From positions 32,674,001 to 32,738,000 of the forward strand of contig NC_042998.1 of the NCBI RefSeq assembly GCF_006345805.1: a stretch of 64,000 bases of DNA. Reading direction: 5' to 3'. Both the position numbers and the translations under genes were made by a program. The notes under the pieces were generated by a model. It saw only the letters and a list, made by a program, of their open reading frames with translations, ran no database searches and was not told the DNA's origin. The DNA is from Octopus sinensis (Eukaryota). This document shows, piece after piece, positions 37,478-51,190 of the stretch (within the stretch, counting starts at the first letter, position 1; each line of letters starts with the position of its first letter).

Positions 37478-39054
37478 ACTTTTTCTATTCCTGAGTGTTA
37501 TACTAATACATCTGTTTGTTTTGTACACCACCTGTCTTCGTCGTTTATTTTTTTTGTAAACTCTCCCTATATACACACACACACACATATATATACACAC
37601 ACACACATATATACACACACATAAACACACTCATGCACATGCACACAAATACACACATACACCTAACCGTTAAAATTATGTTTGTTGATAATTAAAAGAA
37701 AAATCATTTCAATATCAATGAAACTCGTAACAAATATAAAAATCACAACAAGCTGTTTAGTTTAAAGCAATCTCCACAAAAGTATTCGGTTAAATGATGT
37801 GACAAATTGTATTCTCTGCAAATACAATTTTATTTGGGTATTCCGAAGGTGAAAGAAAATATAACAAAATTAACTTTAAGTATGTGTGAGAAGAAATAGC
37901 TGATGTGCAATAAAGCTATCACTGGATATAGTCACAAGTTAGCTGAGTGTCAGTGGATGAAATGTCTAGAAATAAGTTGTAGGTAAGAAGACAAATATTG
38001 GTACTAAATACAAATAATAGCATTTCTTTATGCTGTTAGTCACAAATATGAAGGCTACCACTACAAACCGACAGTTATTTGACTGACGTGTAAGTATGTG
38101 TAAATGTGTTTTTGCTAAAAGGTACACATACACACAAATACGTTGACATCTTCAGGCTGTGGGAATTTAGAAGTGTGAACCGTAAGGAAATGACAGAAAA
38201 ACAGAAAATGCTGAAATGAGCACAGAACTTTTGAATAATGGATAATCAACATTTTCCCACTTGATCCGAATTATTCTCTGCAAAATAGTTTCCTTTCATT
38301 GAACAAACAGAATTCTTGAGTAAGAGTTGGTTTACAGGGAAGGAGTTAATATGCAACTATCTGTTCTCTTATATCTCAATTATAGACACACCTATTGGTT
38401 GGTTTACCGAATAGTAATATAATAAATTATAATGGTTTCAGATTTAGTAATATAATAATAAATTATTAATTTTCCCTGCAAAAAGTTTTAAAAACAAACA
38501 CTTGAATGTAAATTGCTTTTATGTGTAAGTTTTTCATTTTTATATTTTATCATTATTAATAGCTACCAAGGGCGTGGTTAGTCAACCGGTAACTTGTATT
38601 TCAGAATGCATTAACAATCTAGGCATTCATGCTTGGGTGAATTTTAACATTTTCTGGATAGCCATATAAAAAAATGTTCTCATATAAGGATTCTTGTTCT
38701 TATGATAATCATACACTTCTGAAGGTAGATATCTTATCAGTTTACACCTGATTTATTGTATAGGATGGATGATTGTTAAAATTTCAACATTTCAATGATT
38801 CTATGCAACTGTATTTAACTCTTGTATTTCTGTCTCTAAAGCATAAGAGCGAGGGAGCAACAGATAAAGGGAAGGGCATCAAAATCAATACTCTGCTTCA
38901 GTTTCATGAAACGAAGATGAAGACGCCGTTATATCTCATAATATTTCCAAGAAACCTGGAACTGTTTTCTCATAGTTACATGAACTCAATAAATGTAACA
39001 TAAGATGTTTTACACAAAAACATATTCTAAAGCCAGCCGCAGATTTCATTTACT

Positions 39055-39750
39055 CTTTTACTATTTTACTTGTTTCAGTCATTTGACTGCGGCTATGCTG
39101 GAGCACCACCTTTAATCGAGCAACTCGACCCCGGGGCTTATTCTTTTGTAAGCCCAGTACTTATTCTATCGGTCTCTTTTGCCGAACCGCTAAGTAACAG
39201 GGACATAAACACACCAGCATCGGTTGTCAAGCAATGCTAGGGGGACAAACACAGACACACAAACACAAACACACACATGCATATATATATACATATATAC
39301 GAACGTGGCCGATGCCTGAACGTGGCCGATGCCAGCGCCGCTCCGACTGGCTTCTGTGCCGGTGGCACATAAAAAGCACCATCCGAACGTTGCCAGCGCC
39401 ACCTTGGCTGGCTTCTGTGCCGCTGGCACGTTAAAAGCTCCAACCGATCTTGGCTGATGCCGGATCCCCCCTCGCAGAGTGGTTGGCGTTAGGAAGGGCA
39501 TCCAGCCGTAGAAACTCTGCCAGATCAGACTGGAGCCTGGAGCAGCCCCTGGCTTCCCAGACCCCGGTCGAACCGTCCAATCCGTGCTAGCACGGAAAAC
39601 GGACGTTAAACGATGATGATGATGATGATGATACAACAGGCTTCTTTCAGTTTCCATCTACCAAATCCACTCACAAGGCTTTGGTTGGCTCGAGGCTATA
39701 GTAGAAGACACTTGCCCAAGGTGTCACGCAGTGGGACTGAACCCGGAACC
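39055..39750 (-). mobile_element. S1 SINE interrupted by an S3 SINE (39295-39630, +)
   Basis: S1 3' half at 39055-39290 and 5' part at 39635-39750 flank an RTE-tailed SINE. Confidence 0.75.
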
Positions 39751-39950
39751 ATATTTGTTAAATATTCTACAGGTATTCCAATACTCTGGCCACTGACCAC
39801 CTCACTTCTACATTTGTACCAATTTTGAAAGTGGATCTATACAGTCATATGTACATATGTCTTAGTATGTAACATGAACAGTGAGGTTTCAAATGCAGGA
39901 TTATCATGACTGTAACCCAGTTTTTTATTATTCATTCCTCATACATCTCC

Positions 39951-40013
<63 letters not shown>

Positions 40014-40265
40014 AGTGTGTGTGTATATATATATATGTATATATAATTAAAAAGTCAATAAAAGGAAATGGAGAAGAGAAATTTAAAAAGATGCTTCGTT
40101 TGTTTGTATTATAATTGGAAAATTAGTGCAAATTAAAAGATGAAAAAATATATGCATAAAATTATAAAAGGAACCTCCTAAACCAACAAAATAACCCCAA
40201 AATTTTGAAAACAATTGAGATTGGAGCTTTTATATTGTGTTGGTGCTTCTCTGTGTTGCCCTATG

Positions 40266-40297
<32 letters not shown>

Positions 40298-42394
40298 GAG
40301 TATGAAAGTGTGTATGCATGTGTGTGAGTATATATGCGCATATATGTATGTCTGTGCATGTGGGTATGTATGTGTAAGTATGTATGTGTGTATGTATGCG
40401 TGTATGTGTATGTGTATGTGTTATACTCCACCAGTATTGATTCTATTTGCTATACAAATATTTGAGAAAATTTTTTTGTCTCCAGTATTCCACATTCTAT
40501 GAATAATATATAATATAAGCTGAGTAGAATTTTAGCATCCACAAAGTACAGCCAGCAGTCATTTAGAAATAAGCATTTTAGCTGAATAAACTGAGGCAAC
40601 ATGAAACGAAGTGGCTTGCTTAAAAAGAAAATATATCACCCATTCCAGTACTTGAGCCTATGATCAGGAGTTAAATATCCCTAACCACCTCCCTAAAGCC
40701 CAACCTCCCCTCAAAGTCGTAGGGTGGTGTATATGGGCAGTGTCAGAGCTATGCCGTCGGGAACTTCGGTTCCTGGTAGGGCCACCCAAGGCGGATTGGT
40801 CTGGCACCGAGTAGTATTAGGGATGCAGCCTGGTCAACGAGGCTCTGGTGAAAATTCCAAGAGGCGTCTGATTGGTAGCCGGCAGCTTCAAGGTCGTTCT
40901 GTCCCTACATCTTTGGAGATCCCATGGCAAACAGGGCATCCCGTCACTTGAGATATGCATGCGGGATGTCGAGGACCGCTTGTGAATTCAATATTCCTAC
41001 GAAACTTCAATGAATTCTACTACTACCATGGCAATAAATATGAATACGTGGGCCGCCATGGTTTGTGATGCTGTCAGGACAAGAGAAGAAGCCAGCTCAA
41101 CCTGCCCAGGGTGAACGCCGTCACAAGTAAGCTAGACTATATTACCTTCATTAGCATTTATCTCAGTTGTTGAATTGAAACATACAACCCTTCTATGAAA
41201 ATTCAGTCTTAAATCATTATTATATCAATCACTGACGGGACTGCTATGCTAGCCAATTGCATTAAAGCTATTTCAAAAGAAATATTCGTTTCTACTGTAG
41301 GCACGAGGTCTGAAATTTTGGGGGAGGGGGCCAGTCAATTAGATCGACCCCTATACATAACTGGAACTTAATTTATTGACCCTGAAACGATGAAAGGCAA
41401 AGTCGACTTCGGTGGAATTTGGACTCAGAACGTAAAGACATGAAAAACCACTAAGCATTTCGCCGGGCATGTTCTTTTAAATTGAAAATTCTTTTCTACT
41501 CGGCACAAGGCCCGAAATTTTGGGGGATGGGGCCAGTTGATTAGCTTGACTCCAGTACACAACTGGAACTTAATTTATCAACTACGAAAAGATGAAAGGC
41601 AAAGTTGACTTTGGTGGAATTTGAACTCAGAACGTAAAGACAGACAAAATGCTGCTAAGCCTTTCACTCAGTGTGCTAACGTTTCTGCCAGCTTGCTGCC
41701 TTTTTCAAAAGAAATACAGATTTGCATAGTGTGCCATACCACAGATCCTGATAATTTAACACCTTTGGATGTTAAATTATTACCAGGATCATTAATATTT
41801 GCCTGTCTTTAGTTGGATTTCAATTTCACTTTTCTTCTATTTATTCCTTTTTCTTGAAAATAGGAGAGATTCCAACCACATTTTGTGGTTTGCTACCTCA
41901 AGAGCTCCTTTATAGGATCCAGTGGCCAAAGACATCATCAGGAGGAACCACGCACAGTTTCGGCCCCTACTCCTCTACCCTTTTCAACATGGCAGCCCCC
42001 CACTTCCTTTCGGAGGTGTCTTCAACTCTGGTGTTGAGTGCATTTCTTCTTTCTCCTTTTTTCTTTTGTTCTTTGGTTTCTTCGATGCAGTGTTATGACC
42101 ATCATGCCAAATCTCCCTTTAAATACTTGCCTGTAGGCTCCAGCAGCCAACACCAGCTAACTGTCACATGACACTGTCTAAGCTTCAACTGACCAATGGA
42201 AGGAAAGGGTGTATAGTTTTGGCCGGCACCCTCTCTAACCCTGCCTTCCAACAGTGTCATGTTAGTTTCAGCTCCAGCATTAAGTTAGAAAGCATTTATT
42301 TCAGAATATTCTATTTAGTAATTTACAAGTTTTCCAAGTAATTCATTCTGATATGAGTTTCATTTGGAATGCATATAGAATTCCTGTAACTTTT

Positions 42395-42790
42395 ACTCTT
42401 TTACTTGTTTCAATCATTTGACTGTGGCCATGCTGGAGCACTACCTTAAGTCGAGCAACTCAACTCCAGGACTTATTCTTTTGTAAGCCTAGTACTTATT
42501 CTATTGGTCTGTTTTACCGAACCACTAAGTTACAGGGACGTAAACACACCAGCATAGGTTGTCAAGCAATGTTGGAGGGACAAGCACAGACACACAAACA
42601 TATACACACACACACATATATATATATATATACATATATACAATGGGCTTCTTTCAGTTTCTGTCTACCAAATCCACTCACAAGGCCCGAGGCTATAGTA
42701 GAAGACATTTACCCAAGGTGCCATGCAGTGGGACTGAACCCAGAACCTTGTGGTTGGTAAGCAAGCTACTTATCACACAGCCACTCCTGC
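42395..42790 (-). mobile_element. S1 SINE, full length
   Basis: Reverse complement of the S1 modules. Confidence 0.8.
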
Positions 42791-44508
42791 ACCTAGTGCC
42801 ACTCTTTGAATTTTGATTACTCCTGCACCAAAATCTTTAAAAGAAAATATTACATGTTTCTATCATCTTGAAACAAGTAAAATAAACAAACTTGATAATG
42901 CAGTGAAATTTATACTTTTTATTCCAATTTTTCATTACCAAACATATTCCTGGACACATTTGTATTTAAGAAAAATCCAGAAGAAAATGCAATATGTATT
43001 TTGAATAGGAAAATATTAGAAAGTATTGATCATTTAACTCTTAAAATATTTCATCGTCATAAGCATATTATGTGGATATACGTGAATGTGAAGAATTCGA
43101 TAAAAATAATTTTTGATTTTACAAAGGAAATAAAATCAATTAAGCAAATATTTCTGAAATAAATTCAGGTACCATAGAAAGATGGAGTAATATGTTATGT
43201 ACTTTCTATTTACTTTCAATAAAAGCATAAACTTAATACCGCCAATTGCATTAAAAACTTTGTGGCCATTTTTCTATTGAAATATGTTGTGTGTATGTTG
43301 GAATTGATTTTGAAAATAATAAAGAATTTAGTATACTGACATTTTCATTATTAAACTTGTGTTTGGCATGTAACAAAAGGTTCTTACATAAATCTATGAT
43401 GTAAGTTTTAATTTATATAATTCTAATTTATATATGGAAAGTTTTTGCATAAAAGAACCTCTACTGGCCCCAGGCAGGCTGGTACCAAAAGTGTTAAAGA
43501 CTGGTTTCTGAGAATTGGTTTTGTTGCTTTGAACAAATAAATATTTTGCCACAAACCATCTTGTGACGAGAATCTGCCATTATTTTGCCTTAACTTTAAT
43601 TTAATTCTTTGATGATATTATTTTCATATTGATAAAAACAAGCAATCAGGAAAAATTTAGTTTTAATGAAATGATGTCGGCAAGCTAATATAATTAAGAA
43701 AACAGACTTCTGTGTCCACTGGTCAAAGTTTCAATTTTGCTATTATTTCTGATATGTGAACTATTTATTCAACACTCAAATATTTTGTTTTAATTGATGT
43801 TTTTTGTTGTAGATTGTGTGATTTATTCCTTTTTGATTTAGCAGGATTCACCTAATAGTTATAAAATTTAAAACCAAACAGTGTTTCATATTATGCAACC
43901 TCATAATAGTTTCGTTTATTAGGTTTTGAAAATTTCTTTGGATTTTGATGTTTCAAAACTTCAGAGATAATCTCTGGACTTTTTAAACATCAAAATCCAA
44001 AGAAATTTTTCCAAGACAAAAAAAAAATTCCAAATTTTAATTTTCTAATATTTCTCCCCTCCTTTCTGAACTTTTTAATTTTTGACATCTTTCAAGCAGT
44101 TTTAAACACAACATATTAAGATTTTGTGAAAAAATGTTAAAATTTCAATATTTTCCATTCTTGCACCCTTTTCTTTTACTGTGCAAAACTGAATGTAACT
44201 TTTGTGCTGCTGAATTTTTTTTTTTATTCTTGTCTTTAATTATAATCGATAACGAGTGTGAAAGAAAAAAAAGCATTTCACAAATGAAAATTTTAGTCCA
44301 CCTTCAAGATATTTTTTCAGAGTGTAATTTTTCAAAGAAAAAAAATAAATGAATAAAAGTACAATAAACAAAAATATTAATATGTATTATGGTAGTCTCT
44401 TATAGTCCGAGAAATTTTGTCTGCAATTCCTTACTAAACAGCATTCACAAATAATAATAATAATAATAATATAATGATAATAATAATAATAATAATAATC
44501 ATAATAAT

Positions 44509-44994
44509 AAGGTCACAGAAAACAAGAAAGCAACCATACTCTGGGATATGCCGATACACACAGATAGAGAAATTAAGGCCAACAGGCCAGATATAGTTGT
44601 CAGAGATCATGAAGAAAAAAAATGCTTTCTAATTGATGTATCAATACCGGCAGATGACAACATGTCTCTAAAAGAAATGGAGAAACTCTCAAAATACAAA
44701 GACCTAGAAATAGAGGTAACCAGAATGTGGAATCTGAAAATAGAAACAATTCCTATCATAGTAGGTGCATTAGGCATGATAAAAAATATTCAGACAAATA
44801 CATAACAAAAACACCAGGACTTACAAACACATATAACATACAAAAAATTGCACTACTAGGCACTGCACACATCCTACGCAGAACACTTTCCATACAATAA
44901 CCATCAGAGCATCACAACAAATCACAACACATACCCAAGGCACACAGAGCTGTGCTCGGTAGTGAAGTGAAAGCATGCTATAAAAATAAAACTA

Positions 44995-44997
<3 letters not shown>
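44509..44997 (+). mobile_element. 5'-truncated R4/Dong-clade non-LTR retrotransposon (restriction-like endonuclease domain + 3' UTR)
   Basis: KVTENKKATILWDMPIHTDREIKANRPDIVVRDHEEKKCFLIDVSIPADDN...EKLSKYKDLEIEVTRMW...PIIVGALG. After a 1-nt frameshift it continues KYSDKYITKTPGL...QKIALLGTAHILRRTLSIQ* (TAA 44898-44900). It carries the RPD...D...K RLE motif and has (AAT)n on both sides. Confidence 0.9.
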
Positions 44998-45065
<68 letters not shown>

Positions 45066-45534
45066 TAATGATAATAATAATAATAATAATAACTTCTGAT
45101 CTTAACTGATTGGAAGTGTTATCATGTACATTGTTTTGTCTTGGTATAAAAGATGGGATACAGCAAATATTCTGCTCAATACCACAGATTTACTTGTCAG
45201 TTGTTTGACCTTAACCAGTTGAGCATGTCCCTTAGTGGCTGACGATATGTGCATCTCTGATCACGAGCAGAAGTAGTGGGGGAGCATCATAGCCATGTGT
45301 TGAGGGGGATTCTTTGGGGTTTGAATAATTCACTTCTGGAAACATGGGTGTTTCGTTCACCATCTTTAAACAACCCTTATTCAGGGACCTTTTGAGCGGG
45401 ATGGGTTACTCAAGCAAGAAGAAAATTCTAACTGGGCCCCACCTGCAAGGTCAAGTGCTGTTCCTCTTGATATGAGATCACCATGTCGCACACATATGGT
45501 AGTCATGATGGGTATACTGAAAAGAAGCCCATCG

Positions 45535-45574
<40 letters not shown>

Positions 45575-45803
45575 AAGGCGGCGAGCTGGCAGAAACGTTA
45601 GCACGCTGGGCGAAATGCTTATAGGTATTTCGCTTGTCTTTACGTTCTGAGTTCAAATTCCGCCGAGGTCAACTTTGCCTTTCATCCTTTCGGGGTCGAT
45701 AAATAAAGCACCAGTTTCGCACTGGGTCGATGTAATCGACTTAATCCCTTTGTCTGTCCTTGTTTGTCCCCTCTATGTTTAGCCCCTTGTGGGTAGTAAA
45801 GAA

Positions 45804-45819
<16 letters not shown>

Positions 45820-45835
<16 letters not shown>

Positions 45836-47680
45836 CTGCGTATGTATACATACATACCCACACACACGCATGCATCCCTACCCACATACACGCCCACCTA
45901 CTCACACACACACTTACACACATACACACACACATACCCGTGCGCACACACATACATACATACACACACATACCTACTTCAGACATACACACACACAGAC
46001 ATACACTCACACTCACACGCAAACACACACACACACATACACACGCACACGTACACATACACACACACACACACACCTACATACATACATTACACTTGTA
46101 CACACACACACTTACATTCATACACACACACACCTACACACCTTCACTCATACATACACACATACCTACACACACACACAAACACTCACAGACACACACC
46201 CAGACATACATACACCTATACACACACGCCTACACACATACATACACACATACATAAACACACACACATACACATACACATACATATGCACACACACATA
46301 TACTTACACACATGCACACACACACACACATACATACATACATACACCCACACACATACTTACACACTCCTATACGCACATACATACACACAGACATACA
46401 CACATACACACTCACACATACATACACACACATGCATACACACACACACATGTACGCACATACACACACATATACGCACATACATATATACCTACACACA
46501 TGCACACACACACACACACACATACGCACATGCATGCATGCATGCACACGCGCACACCTACACGCATGTACGCATACATGCAAACATGCATACACACACA
46601 CGCACGTACACATACATACACACACACACATACATACACCCATACACATACATGCATCCTACACACACAGACATACACACTCACACATACATACACACAC
46701 ACACACTCACTCACACACCTGCATGTACGCGCACACACATGCACATACACACACTTCCACACACACACACGTACATACATACACACTCATACACATACAC
46801 ACACACGGACATACATCTATACACACACATACTTACATACATTCATCGGACACACTGACACCCAGACTTACACACAGACACACTCACACATCCACACACA
46901 TACATACTTACACACACACTCGCAGGCGCGCGCACATACACGCTTGTGCACGTTCGCGCACGTTTGCGCACGCATACACGCGTGCATGCACCACGCTCGT
47001 GGGTACCGACTAGATCTCCTGTTCGTATCTGGGGCCGGCGCGTGTCTTTGGGTTCTCCCACGCCTGTCGCCGCGGGACCACTCTTCCATCTTCCCCTTCC
47101 CCCCTCCGCTGCAGTTTTCTTTCCTTAAACCCCTCCTCTTTGTACACACACGCACACACATGCACACACCCACTCACACACACACATTTGCATATATATA
47201 TACATTACAATTACACACACTTCAAATTTACTTGCCATACACACAACTACGCACACTGGACACACACTACCACTCAACACACACACTGGCACGTTACATA
47301 CGCCCCCACCCTTTCCCGCCTTCCCTTCTTCCCTCCTTCCTCCCTTTTTTTTACCACTGACCACTCACTTGAGACTTGCTATGTCATCTGTTCACCCTGC
47401 ACACACTAACATATACATATTTTTTGTTTTTTTATCTCGCCTCACACACACATACACACACGCACACGCACACACTCACACATACATACACACGCACGCA
47501 CACATACCTCCCTGTTTCTGATCTGCCTTTCTGACTTGCTAGGGTACCCCCACACCACTCCTTTAATTCTACTACTGCCTGCTACTAGCCACTGTCCACC
47601 ATACACACACATACACACACACGCACACACTCACACACACACCCTTGTCATCTCGCACACCTTTTTTACCATTCCCTCTT
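45820..47680. repeat. ~1.9-kb degenerate (CA)/(CATA) compound microsatellite
   Basis: Direct reading. It explains all His/Thr- and Cys/Val-rich ORFs here. Confidence 0.95.
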
Positions 47681-47819
47681 TGATTCAGCTCTCCTGTTTT
47701 TAAAAATCATTTTCCTCCTTTTTTACCACTTCCATCTTTTTAGTATGTGACCTCGTGAAGACTACCTGCAATTTTTTTTTTCCTCTGTCCTCCCGTCTCG
47801 GGATCTTTCTTTCTCCTAT

Positions 47820-47854
47820 GTTTCCGACGAAGAGCTCCGCTCGAAACGTCATAC
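47820..47854 (+). ncRNA. Minimal HHR-like motif with CCGACGA core
   Basis: GTTT-CCGACGA-A-GAGC-tcc-GCTC-GAAAC-GTC-ATAC. Stem I has 3 of 4 pairs and U4 is replaced by C. Confidence 0.45.
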
Positions 47855-48589
47855 CCTCCTTCTTCCATTTTCCTGAGCGCCTAATAATAATAATACTGTA
47901 ATTGTTCCACGTGTTGTTGTTTTTTCTGTTTTCCCGTTTGGATTAACCTTATATATATATATATATATATATACATACACATGTGTGTCTGTGTTTGTCC
48001 CCCAACATTGCTTGACAACTGATGCTCGTGTGTTTATATCACAGTAACTTAGCGGTTCGGCAAAAGTGACTGATAGAGTAATTACTAGGTTTACAAAGAA
48101 TAAGTCCTGGGGTTGATTTGCTCGACTAAAGGCAGTGCTCCAGCATGGCCACAGCCAAATGACTGAAACAAGTAAAAGAGATTTGAACAATTAACTTTTT
48201 GAGCAAAGTGTTTAACATACGAGTTTGAAAAACTAGTAAGGAACAACTAATCGATAAATTGGTTAAAGGAGTAACTAACCCATCAACTAACAATAACAAT
48301 AAAGGACCGAACCAGTGTGCGTGTTCATTATTACTGGCATAATGACCCTCCCAAGGTTCAATAGTATTTCTTTCAACACATGAAGTCACATCAAGAATCT
48401 TGCAAACCAAATACAAATACCGAACTTTGAAAAGAAGCTGAACGTTTTTAGATTTCATTATTGGCTCGATTTTGGAGTTCCAGTTGAGGCTTGTGGGATC
48501 AAGACAGTTATGGTCAAACTAGAATATCTACAAGTTGATAGCTGCAAGAAAAACAAGGGCAAGTTAAGTACAAACCATGAATAAGTGCA

Positions 48590-48761
48590 TAGGAGTAGGT
48601 GTAGGAGTGACAGTGTGGTAAGTAGCTTGCTTACCAACCACATGGTTCTGGGTTCAGTCCCACTGCATGGCACCTTGGGCAAGTGTCTTCTACTATAGCC
48701 TCGGGCCAACCAAAACTCTTGTGAGTGGATTTGGTAGATGGAAACTGAAAGAAGCTTGTTG

Positions 48762-48795
<34 letters not shown>

Positions 48796-48950
48796 CATGT
48801 GTTTACGTCCCCGTAACTTAGCGGTTCGGCAAAAGAGACCGATAGAATAAGTACTAGGCTTACAAAGAATAAGTCCTGGGGTCAATTTGCTTGACTAAAA
48901 GTGGTGCTCCAGCATGGCCTCAGTCAAATGACTGAAACAAGTAAAAGAGA
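48590..48950 (+). mobile_element. S1 SINE
   Basis: S1 modules. Other S1 fragments lie at about 1-218, 3770-3972, 8640-8850, 15515-15665, 16345-16500, 16700-16890, 18055-18210, 26730-27190, 31205-31470, 47975-48180, 59480-59640 and 60940-61110. Confidence 0.8.
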
Positions 48951-49924
48951 AAAAGAGTAAGTGCTTTTAGTTGTTAGTTTTGTTTCTGAAATCTAGTCTT
49001 GGTGAAATCAACCTCATCTTTTAACTTCCCTGAATTATTGGAAAAATATTGCCAGTTACGCAGTTGAATTTGATTTAGTCAAATATACCACAGCTTCTCA
49101 AATTTTTGGCTTCGTGCCAATGCAAAAAAAAAAAAAAAATCATTAATATGATTTGTCAAAACTAACTGCTAATCTCTACATTAATAATCTTTATACAACA
49201 GCAAAATTTCCCATTTTCATTTACGTTACTTTATCTTCACTAAATTATAAGAAAAATAGAAAGAAAAAAAACCAAAAAAAATCAAAAACTATTTCAACAG
49301 TAGCATTTAATATTATTACTTCTACATTTTATTCTCATTGATCTGATAACTCATTATAAACCAATCAGAAATTTACTTCTTTATCAATAATTCAAAATTG
49401 CTTTGAATTAAAAGATCAGATTAATCTTTTGTTGAGAATTGGAGACTCTATTTGCAGAGTGAGAACCAGGAAAGCACCAAGAGAGGTTTATATTTATGGA
49501 GTTCTGTAGGTTTTGTGTTGATATCCTGATTATAAAGAAAATTGGACAGATAATTACGAATGGTTCATTTTTGATAAATTTTAATGAATAACTTATGGCT
49601 AAGAAATTGTCATAAATTAGAAAATTGTCTAAGAAATGTCCAATTAGTTAAGACTTTTTCAGTTGATGAAATGTTTTGAGGGAGTTACAAAGTAGATACT
49701 TAACTACCCAAATATCTATCTATTTCTCTCTCTCTATATATATATATATGCATATGTGTGTGGTGTGTGTGTGCATGTGTGTATGTACATGTATATAAAT
49801 ATACATGCACATTTATATATGTGTGATGGGTATGTGTGTGTATATATGCAAATATGTGTGTATATATATGTGTGTATGTGCATATATATATATGTGTGTG
49901 TGTATGTGTGTGTGTGTGTATGTC

Positions 49925-50784
49925 TGTATATAGGATGTGATGGGTAAATTATCACCATTTTATACTTTTAATTTCAAGCATTGTTTGGCTTTTTGTTGAC
50001 TACACAGTATAGTAGGGTCAGTTGGGCACCATCTGTGAGAAAAACATCACCATAACAGAATTCATTCTGCCAGAAATTTGGAGATGAAATGTTGTACTGC
50101 CTGGCATTCGCAGCGGAAGTTCCAATACAAATATTTTAGAGTGTCTGGGCATCAATCTAAAGACGTGCTGAGAGTGATAAAAATCAAGCATCCAGTCAAC
50201 ATCATGGTGTTTGGAGTGATCACTAATGATGGCAACGTTATGCCGCCATTCATCTTCCCGAACAGCGTCAGATTCAACATGGAGGCCTACATCAAGTGCC
50301 TGGAGGAGGTAGTGCTGCTCTGGGTCAAGAGGGTGGCTGCTGGAAAACCCTATGTATAACGACAGGACTCTGCACCATGACACACAAGCAGGAGAACCCA
50401 GTCATGGCTGTCAGACAATTTCTGCAACCACATCACTCCTAACATCTGGCCACCTAACTCTCCAGACAGTAACCCCCTTGATTATTATGTGTGGGGTGCA
50501 GTTGAGTGAGAGACCAACAAAACTCTTCATAACACCAAAGATGAACTGAAGGCAAGGATTATGGCAGTATTCACCAACTTAAAACAAGGAGACCGTCCAG
50601 AAAAGCTGCAGGAGATTCCGAAGTCGTCTGGAGGCCATGGTTGAAGCCAATGGCAATTTTATTGAATAAATTTACTCTTTAGTATTTCAAGATATTTTTG
50701 TGTAATTTCGATAAATATATCTGTTAAAATGAGATGTCAGTGTTATTTTTATTTCTGTCTAATTAAGACGAGTTTATTCACAGA
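49925..50784 (+). mobile_element. Internally deleted Tc1/mariner element, maT (DD37D) family, pseudogenised transposase ~50160-50669
   Basis: KHPVNIMVFGVIT..G.VMPPFIF...YIKCLEEVVL...YV*RQDSAP*HTS...W....WPPNSPDSNPLDYYVWGAVE*...L...I...F..L.KETVQKSCRRFRSRLEAMVEANGNFIE*. There are 37 residues between the D at 50366 and the D at 50480. Termini are TA-flanked and imperfect (...ACCCTGTA). Confidence 0.9.
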
Positions 50785-50819
50785 ACCCTGTATATATATG
50801 TATGTATATATATATATAT

Positions 50820-50879
<60 letters not shown>

Positions 50880-50889
50880 TATATAATAT

Positions 50890-50929
<40 letters not shown>

Positions 50930-50944
50930 TGTGTGTGTATGTAA

Positions 50945-51158
50945 AATTTAAACAAGGAGACCGTCCAGAAGAGTTGCAGGAGATTCCAAAGTTGTCTGGA
51001 GGCTGCGGTTGAAGCCAATGGCAATTTTATTGAATATATTTACGCTTTAGTATATCCAGATATTTTTATGTAATTTTGGTAAATGTATCTGTTAAAATGA
51101 GATGTCTGTGTTATTTTAATTTTTGTGTAACTTAGACAATTTATTCACCACACTCTAT
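50945..51158 (+). mobile_element. Second copy of the maT 3' end
   Basis: Repeats 50580-50784 (AACAAGGAGACCGTCCAG...GACAATTTATTCACC) with some divergence. Confidence 0.8.
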
Positions 51159-51190
51159 ATATATATATATAGTAATATATATATTACTAT

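Noticed and set aside
40772-40790. Resemblance of TGGTAGGGCCA to the pistol ribozyme P1/loop
   Set aside because: P1 is only 3 bp, and the pseudoknot partner and other conserved pistol residues are not positioned correctly.
45741-47409. Long ORFs (up to 523 aa) rich in His/Thr or Cys/Val
   Set aside because: They are translations of the (CA)n/(CATA)n microsatellite, which lacks stop codons by composition.
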